A stretch of 64,000 nt of DNA from Oscillospiraceae bacterium (GCA_017937195.1 JAGBEA010000048.1:16188-80187); one strand, 5' to 3'. Numbered from the stretch's first letter, positions 1 to 8,790 are shown. The notes: generated by a model not told the origin, from the letters alone. Program-made: numbers and translations.

Positions 1-163
1 AGTAGAGCAAAGGAAGTCAAGGAACCATCGGTTCCTTGCGGCGTTTCTTTTCCTCTTTTCTTTCCGCTGTTGGAAAGAAAAGAGGCCGCCGGCGGCAGGA
101 CAAGACGGCAGCCTCGCAGGGAGCGCGTAAGCGTCAGCGAGGAGGGTGAGCCATCGCTGCGCC
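1..163 (+). repeat. Structured dispersed repeat, copy 1 (truncated by window start)
   Basis: Core hairpin CAAGGAACC-atc-GGTTCCTTG at 18-38. Second hairpin CCTCTTTTCTTTCC-gctgtt-GGAAAGAAAAGAGG at 52-85. Homologous to copies at 12.7, 25.1 and 27.2 kb. Confidence 0.85.
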
Positions 164-261
164 AGCCGTTGACAACCCCTCCGTCAGCTGCGCTGACACC
201 TCCCCTTGCACAGGGGAGGCTTTGGGTGAGCGTCAGCGAGGAGGGTGAACACGACCAAGTT

Positions 262-287
262 CGGCGCGCCGAGTCGTCGCGCCCTAC
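262..287 (-). repeat. GTAG-type REP-like palindrome
   Basis: Reverse complement reads GTAGGGCGCGACGACTCGGCGCGCCG (GTAG plus GGCGCG/CGCGCC stem). Near-identical copies at 17192 and 27616. Confidence 0.8.
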
Positions 288-328
288 GGGGTGCGGATTT
301 GGGGGGCGGACCCCAGTTTTTTTGCTTA

Positions 329-409
329 TTTTCAAAAAAATTTTTCGTCTGTTGCATCAAAATAGGCAACAAACGGCGGATTTCGCCCTATAAGTGAGAG
401 GACTTTTTG
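329..409 (+). promoter_or_regulatory. Conserved cluster promoter/operator, copy 1 (upstream of Zn-finger ORF/terS)
   Basis: TTTTC-A7-T5 tract, GTTG-N12-CAAC palindrome at 351-370, 19-nt spacer, ATAAGTGAGAGGACTTTTTG at 390-409. Same spacing as 2465-2545. Confidence 0.75.
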
Positions 410-424
410 GAAAGGAGAGAGAAA

Positions 425-613
425 ATGCGGTTTTCACGGATCATAGAGGCGGACGGCTCTGCCATCGTGCAGCAATGCGCGCTGTGCGGCGGCGAGATCT
501 ATCGGGGGGAGACCTACTACCACATCAGCGGTGAGGCGGTCTGCACCGCTTGCCTTGGCGATTACGCCAAAAAAGTCTTTGCACCGTTCATTACAAAAGG
601 AGGAGAGCAATGA
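425..613 (+). CDS. Small CxxC...CxxC zinc-binding phage-type protein
   Basis: SD AAAGGAG before ATG 425. CALC...CTAC motif. Stop overlaps the terS start (ATGA). Confidence 0.65.
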   Translation: MRFSRIIEADGSAIVQQCALCGGEIYRGETYYHISGEAVCTACLGDYAKKVFAPFITKGGEQ

Positions 614-1008
614 AAAGAAAGGACATCGCGTGGGATGCGCTGCGCCGCCGCTACGAGGCGGGGGAGGGCAGCTACCGCACACTGGGGGCAGAGTACGGCG
701 TTTCCTCGTCGTGCATCTCCCAAAAAGCCATCGCGGAGGGCTGGAGCAAGCCGGAACGGCTGAAGCAGCGCCGTGGGGAAACGGGGGAGCCGTGGCTCAC
801 CGCCGCGTCCCGACAGCTGGCTGCCGCGGCGCAGCAGACCATCCGCCAAAAGAACAGCGAGGAGCTGAGCGTGAAGGAGCTCAAGGAGCTGGCAGGCGTG
901 CTGAAGGAGCTGATGGCGCTGCAGCAGACCGTCAGCGGCAAGGAGGAGCAGCAGGAAAAACGGATCCATCTGGTGCTGGAGGGCGATATCCGGCGCTGGA
1001 GCGAGTGA
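610..1008 (+). CDS. terS: Terminase small subunit-like HTH protein
   Basis: N-terminal W..LRRRYEAG..SYR.LG.EYGVS..CI...A..EGW HTH typical of TerS. Lies directly upstream of TerL. ATG 610 has SD AGGAG. Confidence 0.7.
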   Translation: MKRKDIAWDALRRRYEAGEGSYRTLGAEYGVSSSCISQKAIAEGWSKPERLKQRRGETGEPWLTAASRQLAAAAQQTIRQKNSEELSVKELKELAGVLKELMALQQTVSGKEEQQEKRIHLVLEGDIRRWSE

Positions 1009-1020
1009 GGAGGGAGAGCA

Positions 1021-2403
1021 ATGGTGGAAAAATGGCTGGCGCTGGAGCGACCCAATCCGCGGCAGGAGGAATTCTTAAACAGCGCCTGCAAGTACATCGC
1101 CTTTGGCGGCGCAAGAGGCGGCGGCAAAAGCTGGGCGGTGCGCACCAAGGCAAAGCTGATGGCGGTGCGCTATCCCGGCATCCGGATGCTGCTGATCCGC
1201 CGCAGCTATCAGGAGCTGGAGAACAACCACATCCGCTTTCTGCGCCGCGAGCTGAATGAATTGGCGGAGTACCGCGCCGTAGCAAGGCAGTTTCTGTTCG
1301 TCAACGGCAGCGTGCTGGATTTCGGCTACTGCGGCTGTGACGGCGATCTGGACCGCTATCAGGGGGCGGAGTACGATGTGATCTTCATCGACGAGGCGAC
1401 CCAGCTGCAGGAGGAGTGGCTGCGGCAGTTTGCCGCCTGCCTGCGTGGTGTCAACGATTTCCCCAAGCGCATCTACTACACCTGCAACCCCGGCGGTCCG
1501 GGGCACGGCTACATCAAGCGCCTTTTCATCGACCGGCGCTACGAGGCGGGGGAGTCGCCGGAGGACTACCTCTTCATCCCCGCCCGCGTCACCGACAATA
1601 CGGCGCTGCTGCGCGCCCAGCCGGACTATCTCAAGCAGCTGCAGGCGCTGCCCCGCAAGCTGCGCGAGGCGTGGCTGGAGGGCAGGTGGGACATCTTTCA
1701 GGGGCAGTTTTTTCAGGAATTTACCGACGATCCTGCCCACTACGCCGACCGCCGCTTTACCCACGTCATCGAGCCCTTCCCCATCCCCCGGGAGTGGCGC
1801 ATCTACCGCAGCTACGATTTCGGCTACGCCAAGCCCTTTTCCTGCGCGTGGTGGGCGGTGGATTTTGACGGCGTGATCTACCGCATTCTGGAGCTGTACG
1901 GCTGCACCGAAACGCCGGACGAGGGGGTGCGCTGGACGCCCGACCGCCAGTTTGCCAAGATCCGCGAGATCGAGGACAACCATCCGTGGCTGCGCGGGCG
2001 GGACATTCAAGGCGTGGCGGACCCCTCCATCTGGGACACCAGCCGCGGCGAGAGCGTGTATGAGACGGCGCTGAAGTATCGGCTGTACTTCCAGCGGGGC
2101 GACAACCGCCGCATCCCCGGCTGGATGCAGATGCACTACCGTATGAGCTTTGATGACGAGGGCTACCCGATGATGTATGTGTTCAACACCTGCCGCGCCT
2201 TTTTGCGTACCGTGCCGCAGCTGATGTTCTCCGCCACCGATGTGGAGGACTTGGACACCCATCAGGAGGATCACGTGGCGGACGAGTGCCGCTATTTCTG
2301 TATGGCGCGGCCCATCCCTCCGGCGCGCAAGGAGAGCGGCCGGCTGCCGGCGGACGATCCGCTGGATCTGGCGCGGGGCAGCTTTGGCGCGTGGGGCAGG
2401 TAA
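1021..2403 (+). CDS. terL: Terminase large subunit
   Basis: Walker A GGARGGGKS, Walker B VIFIDEATQ, TCNPGG coupling motif, C-terminal nuclease region YDFGYAKPFS...DH.ADE.RY. Confidence 0.93.
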   Translation: MVEKWLALERPNPRQEEFLNSACKYIAFGGARGGGKSWAVRTKAKLMAVRYPGIRMLLIRRSYQELENNHIRFLRRELNELAEYRAVARQFLFVNGSVLDFGYCGCDGDLDRYQGAEYDVIFIDEATQLQEEWLRQFAACLRGVNDFPKRIYYTCNPGGPGHGYIKRLFIDRRYEAGESPEDYLFIPARVTDNTALLRAQPDYLKQLQALPRKLREAWLEGRWDIFQGQFFQEFTDDPAHYADRRFTHVIEPFPIPREWRIYRSYDFGYAKPFSCAWWAVDFDGVIYRILELYGCTETPDEGVRWTPDRQFAKIREIEDNHPWLRGRDIQGVADPSIWDTSRGESVYETALKYRLYFQRGDNRRIPGWMQMHYRMSFDDEGYPMMYVFNTCRAFLRTVPQLMFSATDVEDLDTHQEDHVADECRYFCMARPIPPARKESGRLPADDPLDLARGSFGAWGR

Positions 2404-2442
2404 CAATTAACAGTGAATAATTAATAATTAATAGTGAACGGT
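2401..2442 (+). repeat. Six AT-rich heptad repeats (consensus KAAYART)
   Basis: TAACAAT TAACAGT GAATAAT TAATAAT TAATAGT GAACGGT, starting at the terL stop codon. Confidence 0.8.
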
Positions 2443-2464
2443 TTGGGCGGGCTTTTTTGCTTCG

Positions 2465-2545
2465 TTTTCAAAAAAATTTTTTCAAAGTTGTACAAAACTA
2501 TACAACTTTCTGCTATGTGAGGGGGATAAGTGAGAGGACTTTTTG
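2465..2545 (+). promoter_or_regulatory. Conserved cluster promoter/operator, copy 2 (upstream of portal)
   Basis: TTTTC-A7-T6 tract, GTTG-N12-CAAC at 2487-2506, 19-nt spacer, ATAAGTGAGAGGACTTTTTG at 2526-2545. Confidence 0.75.
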
Positions 2546-2564
2546 AAAAACAAGGAGGAACGAT

Positions 2565-4388
2565 ATGGAACAGATTCTTACCCCCAAGATCGGCGCAGAG
2601 CAGGTGCGTCAGGCGGCGGAGATTTTGAAGAAGTACCGCCGCGGCAAGGCGCATCTGGAGCAGCGGCTCATCGACAACGAGCAGTTCTGGAAAATGCGCC
2701 ACTGGGAGCAGATGGACAAAAACGGCGAGGGCGGCAACGGCGCAGACCCCCGTCCCACCAGCGGCTGGCTGGTCAACTGCATCCTCTCCAAGCACGCCGA
2801 CGCTATGGACAGCTACCCCGAGCCCACCGTGCTGCCCCGCGAGCAGAGCGACACCGCCGAGGCGGAGAAGCTGAGCCGCATTTTGCCGGTGATCCTCAAG
2901 CGCTGCCGCTTCAAAAAGGTCTATGCCGACGGCTGGTGGCGCAAGCTGAAGTCCGGCTGTGCCGCCTACGGTGTGTTCTGGGACGGCAGCAAGCTGGGGG
3001 GCTTGGGCGACATCACCATACGCAGTATGGACATGCTCAACCTCTTCTGGGAGCCGGGTGTTACCGACATTCAGGACTCGCCCCACTTCTTCGCCACGGA
3101 GCTGGTAAGCAACGAGGAGCTGGTGCAGCACTACCCCCAGCTGGAGGGTAAGCTCCACGGCGGCAGCTTCTCCGTCAGCCGCTATCTCTACGACGATGCG
3201 GTGGACACGACCGACAAGTCGCTGGTGGTGGATTGGTATTACCACACCGAGGAAAAGGGCAGAAAAGTGCTGCAATACTGCAAATTCGTGGGGCAGACCG
3301 TACTTTATGCCACGGAAAACGATGTGGAAAGCGACATCGCCCAGCGCGGCTGGTACGACCACGGCAAGTATCCCTTCGTGTTCGACGTGCTGTTCCCCGA
3401 GGAGGGCACGCCCTGCGGCTACGGCTATGTGGATCTGTGCAAATCCCCCCAGAAGCAGATCGACCTGATGAATCAGGCGATTTTGAAAAACGCGCTGGCG
3501 GCGGCTACGCCCCGCTTCTTCATCCGCGCCGACGGCGCCGTGAACGAGGAGGAGTACGCCGATTGGACGCGCCCCTTCGTCCACACCAACGGAAATCTGG
3601 GCGCCGACTCCATCGCACCTATCCACACCGCAGGGCTGGACAGCGTGTATGTGGCGATTCTGCAGAGCAAGATCGCCGAGATGAAGGAGACGGCAGGCAA
3701 CCGCGATGTGGCAAACGGCGGCACCAGCGGCGGCGTGACGGCCGCCACCGCCATCGCGGCGCTGCAGGAGGCGGGCGGCAAGCTCAGCCGCAATATGATC
3801 GCCGACGGCTACGAGGCCTTCAGCGATGTGGTGACCCTCTGCATCGAGCTGATCCGCCAGTTTTATAGCCTCCCCCGCCAGTTCCGCCTGCTGGGCAAGA
3901 ACGGCGCGGAATTTGTCAGCTACGACAGCGCGGGGCTGCAGCTGCAGATCACCGATGACGGCTTTGGCGTGCAGTATCGCGTGCCCGAGTTCGATCTGGA
4001 GATCGCGGCGCAGAAGGAGAACCCTTACAAGACCATGGAGTACAATCAGCTGGCGCTGCAGCTGTTCCAGATGGGCTTTTTCCGCGAGGAATTGGCCGAT
4101 CAGGCGCTGCGCTGTCTGGAGCTGATGGAGTTTAAGAACAAAGAGCGCATTGCCGACTCCATCTCCCGCGCCCAGACGCAGGCGCAGGAGAACGAAATGC
4201 TGAAGGCGCAGCTGCAGGAGCTGGCAGCGGCGGTGGATGCCATAGGCGGCACGGCGCTGACCTCCGCGCTGCAGCAGGAGCTGGGCGGTGCGGGAACGGC
4301 GCAGCCCCACGGCGCCGCGCAGCAGGAGAAGCTGAGCGCGGTGGAGCAGATGCGCCTTGCCGCCCAGCAGGCGGTGCAGCCCCGATGA
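2565..4388 (+). CDS. Phage portal protein
   Basis: 607 aa, follows TerL, SD AAGGAGG. Helical composition with a Gln/Ala-rich C-terminal barrel-like tail, as in P22/N4-like portals. Confidence 0.8.
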   Translation: MEQILTPKIGAEQVRQAAEILKKYRRGKAHLEQRLIDNEQFWKMRHWEQMDKNGEGGNGADPRPTSGWLVNCILSKHADAMDSYPEPTVLPREQSDTAEAEKLSRILPVILKRCRFKKVYADGWWRKLKSGCAAYGVFWDGSKLGGLGDITIRSMDMLNLFWEPGVTDIQDSPHFFATELVSNEELVQHYPQLEGKLHGGSFSVSRYLYDDAVDTTDKSLVVDWYYHTEEKGRKVLQYCKFVGQTVLYATENDVESDIAQRGWYDHGKYPFVFDVLFPEEGTPCGYGYVDLCKSPQKQIDLMNQAILKNALAAATPRFFIRADGAVNEEEYADWTRPFVHTNGNLGADSIAPIHTAGLDSVYVAILQSKIAEMKETAGNRDVANGGTSGGVTAATAIAALQEAGGKLSRNMIADGYEAFSDVVTLCIELIRQFYSLPRQFRLLGKNGAEFVSYDSAGLQLQITDDGFGVQYRVPEFDLEIAAQKENPYKTMEYNQLALQLFQMGFFREELADQALRCLELMEFKNKERIADSISRAQTQAQENEMLKAQLQELAAAVDAIGGTALTSALQQELGGAGTAQPHGAAQQEKLSAVEQMRLAAQQAVQPR

Positions 4389-4660
4389 TCCGCGCCGTAT
4401 TTACCAAGGATCGGCTGACCCTGACGGGACACGCCGACTACGCCCCCTACGGGCAGGACATCGTGTGCGCCGCCGTTTCCGCGTTGACCTACGCGCTGAT
4501 CGCAGCGCTGCAGGAGAAGGGCTTGGTGCGGGAGCTGGTGGTGCGCTCGGGCTATGTGACGGTGGCGGCGCAGGAACCGTGCGAGGCGGAGTTTGCCATG
4601 ATCCGCTGCGGACTTGCCCAGCTGGCAGGGAGGTATCCCCAGTGCGTGAGGATGGAGTGA
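4385..4660 (+). CDS. prp: Prp-family cysteine protease (ribosomal L27-processing protease homolog)
   Basis: GHADYAPYGQDIVCAAVS matches the Prp His/Cys catalytic motif GHA...G.DIVCA.VS. Confidence 0.85.
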   Translation: MIRAVFTKDRLTLTGHADYAPYGQDIVCAAVSALTYALIAALQEKGLVRELVVRSGYVTVAAQEPCEAEFAMIRCGLAQLAGRYPQCVRME

Positions 4661-4726
4661 ACAATGAACAATGAATAATGAATAATTAATAATTATGAAC
4701 TGTTAATTATTAATTGTTGATTATTA
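4659..4726. repeat. Heptad-repeat hairpin (5 forward plus 4 inverted heptads)
   Basis: GAACAAT GAACAAT GAATAAT GAATAAT TAATAAT, loop TATGA, then ACTGTTA ATTATTA ATTGTTG ATTATTA. Starts at the prp stop. Confidence 0.8.
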
Positions 4727-4838
4727 GGTCGTGGCTTACCACGGAAAGGGAAGTCCCCCGATTGACCGTCGCAAAGCGGCGGGGAATCGGCTGGGGCAAC
4801 GGTGGCGATAGGACGCACTATCGCCGGAAAGGAGCAGT

Positions 4839-5417
4839 ATGAACGAAGAAAAACTGCAGCAGACGGCGGAGACCGTCACTACGGGCGAGGGCGCTCCCGT
4901 CGCCGGGGAGCAGGAGGACTTTGAAACACTGATCAAAGGCAGATGCAAGGAGGAATTCGATGCGCGGGTGAAAAAGATTCTGGACGGACGGCTGAAGGGA
5001 TTACGAAGAGAAAATGAGCGGCTGCGCCGAGCGCAGCAGGCACAAGCCGAGGCTGCCGCAGCAGCATTTGCCGCCTCACAACAGCAGCAGCAAGCGATCC
5101 GACAGATCTACCCCGCCTTCGATTGGCAGACGGAGGTGAAAAACCCCCTCTTCGGCAGGCTGATCGCCGCAGGCATCGACGCCAAAAGCGCCTACGAGGT
5201 GGTGCATCAGCGTGAGATTTTGCGCGATGCCATGAGCTACTCGGCACGCCGCGCCGCGCAGGCGGCTGCCGCCACCGTGGCAGCAGGCAGAGGGCGCACC
5301 GCCGAGGTGGGCAGGCGCGCTGCCGCTGTCACCGCCAACGATCCCCGCACCCTCAGCAGCCGCGAGCTGGCAGAGATCCGCAAGCGGGTGCTGGACGGGG
5401 AGAAGATCCGCTTTTGA
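4839..5417 (+). CDS. Capsid scaffolding protein
   Basis: Lies between protease and capsid. Acidic N-terminus, coiled-coil middle (F..LIKG..K.EFD.RV..I...RLK), SD AAAGGAG. Confidence 0.7.
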   Translation: MNEEKLQQTAETVTTGEGAPVAGEQEDFETLIKGRCKEEFDARVKKILDGRLKGLRRENERLRRAQQAQAEAAAAAFAASQQQQQAIRQIYPAFDWQTEVKNPLFGRLIAAGIDAKSAYEVVHQREILRDAMSYSARRAAQAAAATVAAGRGRTAEVGRRAAAVTANDPRTLSSRELAEIRKRVLDGEKIRF

Positions 5418-5449
5418 GAGGTGTTTCCAAAACGGAAAGGAGATTTTTT

Positions 5450-6439
5450 ATGATGAGAAACTTTGACCTGCAGCTGTTTGCAGGTGAGATGAACACCCAG
5501 ACCACCGCAGGTCTGAGCGCAGAAATGAAGACCTATTACGGCATGGAGCTGCTGGAGAACGCACGCCCCCAACTGGTGCATAACCAGTTCGCTGCCACCA
5601 AGCCCCTGCCCGTGGGCGGCGGCAAGACCGTGGAGTGGCGTAAGTTTGGCTCCTTCGACAAGGCGCTGACCCCCCTGACCGAGGGCGTCACCCCCGACGG
5701 CAGCGGCATCTCCGTCAGCTACATCACCAAGGAGCTGGCACAGTACGGCGACTACACCACCGTGTCCGATATGCTGGATCTGACCGCCATCGACGACGTG
5801 GTGCTGGAGATCACCGACCGCCACGGCGCCAATATGGGTCTGACGCTGGACACCGTGACCCGCAACGAGATTTTGCAGGGCAATCAGGTGATCTACGCCC
5901 CCAAGGCTGACGGCACCGAGATCACCAGCCGCAGTGAGCTGGACGCGACCTGCAAGCTGACGGGCGAGCTGGTGGCCAAGGCTGCCACGGCGCTGAAGAA
6001 GATGAACGCCCCCAAGTTCGACGGCAAGTACATCTGCATCATCCACCCCAGCGTGGCTTTCGACCTGCGTCAGGACGAAGCTTGGCTGGCCGCCCACCAG
6101 TATGCCGCCGCCACGGAGCTGTTCAGCGGCGAGATCGGCGAGCTGCACGGCGTGCGCTTCGTGGAGACCACCGAGGCCAAGATCTTTGAAGAGGGTGCAG
6201 GCAATTGCGCCGTGTATGCCTGCCTGTTTCTGGGCAAGGGCGCTTACGGCGTTGTGGATCTGAGCGAGGGCACCGAGGTCATCGTCAAGCCCCGCGGCTC
6301 CAGCGGCACCGCCGATCCTCTGGATCAGCGCAGCAGCGTGGGCTGGAAGGGCGTACACGCCGCCGCCATCCTCTACGATGAGTACATCGTGCGCGTGGAG
6401 TGCGGCTCCAGCTACTCCGATCAGGATAAGGCCAACTGA
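5450..6439 (+). CDS. Major capsid protein, N4-gp56 family
   Basis: EMKTYY..ELLENARPQLVHNQF..TKPLP.GGGKTVEWRKF and DPLDQRSSVGWK motifs. N-terminal FDLQLF/A Prp-type cleavage motif. Confidence 0.88.
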   Translation: MMRNFDLQLFAGEMNTQTTAGLSAEMKTYYGMELLENARPQLVHNQFAATKPLPVGGGKTVEWRKFGSFDKALTPLTEGVTPDGSGISVSYITKELAQYGDYTTVSDMLDLTAIDDVVLEITDRHGANMGLTLDTVTRNEILQGNQVIYAPKADGTEITSRSELDATCKLTGELVAKAATALKKMNAPKFDGKYICIIHPSVAFDLRQDEAWLAAHQYAAATELFSGEIGELHGVRFVETTEAKIFEEGAGNCAVYACLFLGKGAYGVVDLSEGTEVIVKPRGSSGTADPLDQRSSVGWKGVHAAAILYDEYIVRVECGSSYSDQDKAN

Positions 6440-6509
6440 GGCAGTTAACAGTTAGCAATTGTCCGATGGGTGGAGGGCGGGTATCGAAACCAAACAAGGA
6501 GGAACGGCA

Positions 6510-6716
6510 ATGAGCAATACCAAAATGACCAAGATCCTGCTGCCGCGCGGCAGAAAGAACGAGGAGAACTTCGTGATCGTGTCCGTCAACGGCAAGAGCT
6601 GGAAGATCATGAAGGGTGTGGAAGTGGAAGTGCCCGTCTATGTGGCGGAGGTGCTGGAGAACGGCCGCAGAATGGCCGAGGAGGCCCGCCGCTATGTGGA
6701 TAAGATGGCGGAATAA
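6510..6716 (+). CDS. Small virion-associated protein
   Basis: SD AAGGAGG before ATG 6510. VSVNG...I.KGVEVEVP..VAEVL pattern commonly follows N4-gp56-type capsid genes. Confidence 0.65.
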   Translation: MSNTKMTKILLPRGRKNEENFVIVSVNGKSWKIMKGVEVEVPVYVAEVLENGRRMAEEARRYVDKMAE

Positions 6717-6731
6717 GAGGGAGGGGCGAAG

Positions 6732-7070
6732 ATGTCCAAGCTGACAGTCAATGAGGTGCTGCAGCAGGTGGACAGCCTGCTGCCCAACCAGTACAGCGAA
6801 GAGCAGAAGCGCCACTGGATCGCGCAGGCGGAGGGCTTTGTGGCGGAGCTGACGGGCACCGCGGCGGAGGAGGGCGTGCTGACCGCCCCCGCGCCCTACT
6901 GCCAGCTGTACCGCCACTATGTGGAGGCGCAGATCCACTACGCCAACGCCGAAACGGAGCGGTTCAACAACGCTATGGCGCTGTGGAACAGCCTGCTGCT
7001 TGCCTATCACAGCCACTTGGCAAGAAACGGCGCACTGCGCGGCACAGCCACGGCGCTGAAGCTGTGCTGA
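6732..7070 (+). CDS. Putative head-tail adaptor/connector
   Basis: 112 aa after the capsid genes. D.LLPNQY....K..WI and APY..LY.HY.EAQI.YAN.E..RFNN pattern. Position supports the call. Confidence 0.55.
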   Translation: MSKLTVNEVLQQVDSLLPNQYSEEQKRHWIAQAEGFVAELTGTAAEEGVLTAPAPYCQLYRHYVEAQIHYANAETERFNNAMALWNSLLLAYHSHLARNGALRGTATALKLC

Positions 7071-7083
7071 AAGGAGGGGGGAG

Positions 7084-8790
7084 ATGTTTTTTCCCAAACT
7101 GAACATCCTGCGCCAAAGCCGCGTCACCGTCAGCCGCTTTCTGGGCTATGACCGCCGAGAGCGGGCGGCGCAGGGCAGCTTTTCCCATATGGAGAATCTG
7201 TGCAGCGACGCCTATCCCGCATTGCAGGTGCGATGCAAGCGCGGCACGGTGGGGCAGGCGGAGCGCCCCAACGCCCTGACGGAGAAGGAGGCGCTGATCT
7301 GGGTGGACGGCAGCACGCTGTATGTCAACGGGCTTGCCACGGGCTTGGTGCTGACCGATTCGCCCAAGCAGCTGATCTCCATGGGCGCGTATCTGGTGAT
7401 CTTTCCCGATAAGAAGTGGATCAACACGCGGGACCTGAGCCGCTTCGGCAGCCTTGAAAATAGGACCGAGAGCCACGGCACGGTGACCTTTTCGCTGTGC
7501 AGGGCGGACGGCACCGCCTTTGAGCGGTATCTCACGGCGCAGCAGCAGCCCCAGCAGCCGGAGGCAGGGGCGCTGTGGCTGGATACCTCCGGCGACGCGC
7601 CGGTGCTGCGCCGCTATGAGGAGAGCGGCTGGGCGGCGGTGGAGGAGACGTGCGTGAAAATCGCGGCAGCCGGCATCGGCATCGGCTTTGCAGCCGGCGA
7701 CGGCGTGACCATCAGCGGCTGTGAGAGCGCGGGGCTGGACGGCAGCGCGGTGCTGCTGCAGGCGCAGGACGATGCGCTGGTGGTGACCGGCATTCTGTGG
7801 GGCGATACCACCCAGGACACGGCGGTGACCGTGGCGCGCACCGTGCCGGAGATGGACTTCGTCACCCAGTGCGGCAACCGCCTTTGGGGCTGCAAATACG
7901 GCGTGGTGGACGGACGCGCCGTCAATGAGATTTACGCCAGCAAGCTGGGGGACTTCAAGAACTGGAACTGCTTTGCCGGTCTCTCCACCGACAGCTACGC
8001 CGCCTCCCGCGGCAGCGATGGCGCTTTTACCGCAGCTGCCGCCTATCTGGGCAGCGTGCTGTTTTTCAAGGAGGAGTGCATCGAGCGGGTCTACACCAAT
8101 GCCGCCGGCGCTCACCAAATCGTGACGCTGGAGTGCGCGGGTGTGAAAAAGGGCAGCCACAACAGCGTGCAGACGGTGGAGGGCACGCTGTACTACCACG
8201 GCAGCGGCGGCGTGTACGCCTTTGACGGCAGCCTGCCCGTATCGGTGTCGCAGGCGCTGGGCGACCTTTCGCTGCGCGATGCGGCGGCAGGCGCGGTGGA
8301 TGGCAGGTACTATCTCAGCGCCCAAAGCGATGATGGCGCGCAGCTGCTGGTCTACGATACCCGCTTGGGGCTGTGGCACAGAGAGGACAGCCTGCGCGTC
8401 ACGGATTTTGCCGCCCGTGGGGAGGAGCTGTACGCCCTCACCGACCACGGCGAGATTTTGTCGCTGCGGGGCGGGGAGGAGGAGCGCATCGCGTGGCTTG
8501 CCGAGAGCGGCGAGCTGGGCATCGACACGGCGCAGCAGAAGTATCTCATCCGCGTCAGCGTGCAGCTGCAGCTGGCGCAGGACGCCGCGGTGGAGGCGTA
8601 CATCAGCTATGACGGCGGCAAATCGTGGCAGGCGCAGGGCGTGCTGCAGGGCACGGGCGCTATGGGCAGAAGCTGCCTGCATCTGCGCCCCCGACGCTGC
8701 GACCGTCTGCGCTGGCGGCTGCAGGGCGTGGGCGATTGCACCGTCTACAGCGTGTCGGCGGTGTATGAGAAGGGGAGTGACAGCCTATGA
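7084..8790 (+). CDS. Putative nozzle/head-stabilisation protein (P22 gp10 / T7 gp12-like)
   Basis: 568 aa, beta-rich, directly after the adaptor. NEIYASKLGDFKNWN.F.GLSTDSYA motif. Confidence 0.55.
   Translation: MFFPKLNILRQSRVTVSRFLGYDRRERAAQGSFSHMENLCSDAYPALQVRCKRGTVGQAERPNALTEKEALIWVDGSTLYVNGLATGLVLTDSPKQLISMGAYLVIFPDKKWINTRDLSRFGSLENRTESHGTVTFSLCRADGTAFERYLTAQQQPQQPEAGALWLDTSGDAPVLRRYEESGWAAVEETCVKIAAAGIGIGFAAGDGVTISGCESAGLDGSAVLLQAQDDALVVTGILWGDTTQDTAVTVARTVPEMDFVTQCGNRLWGCKYGVVDGRAVNEIYASKLGDFKNWNCFAGLSTDSYAASRGSDGAFTAAAAYLGSVLFFKEECIERVYTNAAGAHQIVTLECAGVKKGSHNSVQTVEGTLYYHGSGGVYAFDGSLPVSVSQALGDLSLRDAAAGAVDGRYYLSAQSDDGAQLLVYDTRLGLWHREDSLRVTDFAARGEELYALTDHGEILSLRGGEEERIAWLAESGELGIDTAQQKYLIRVSVQLQLAQDAAVEAYISYDGGKSWQAQGVLQGTGAMGRSCLHLRPRRCDRLRWRLQGVGDCTVYSVSAVYEKGSDSL

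Noticed and set aside
70-393. 107-aa ORF at the window start
   Set aside because: It runs entirely through repeat modules, a REP and the cluster promoter, with no SD or family motif.
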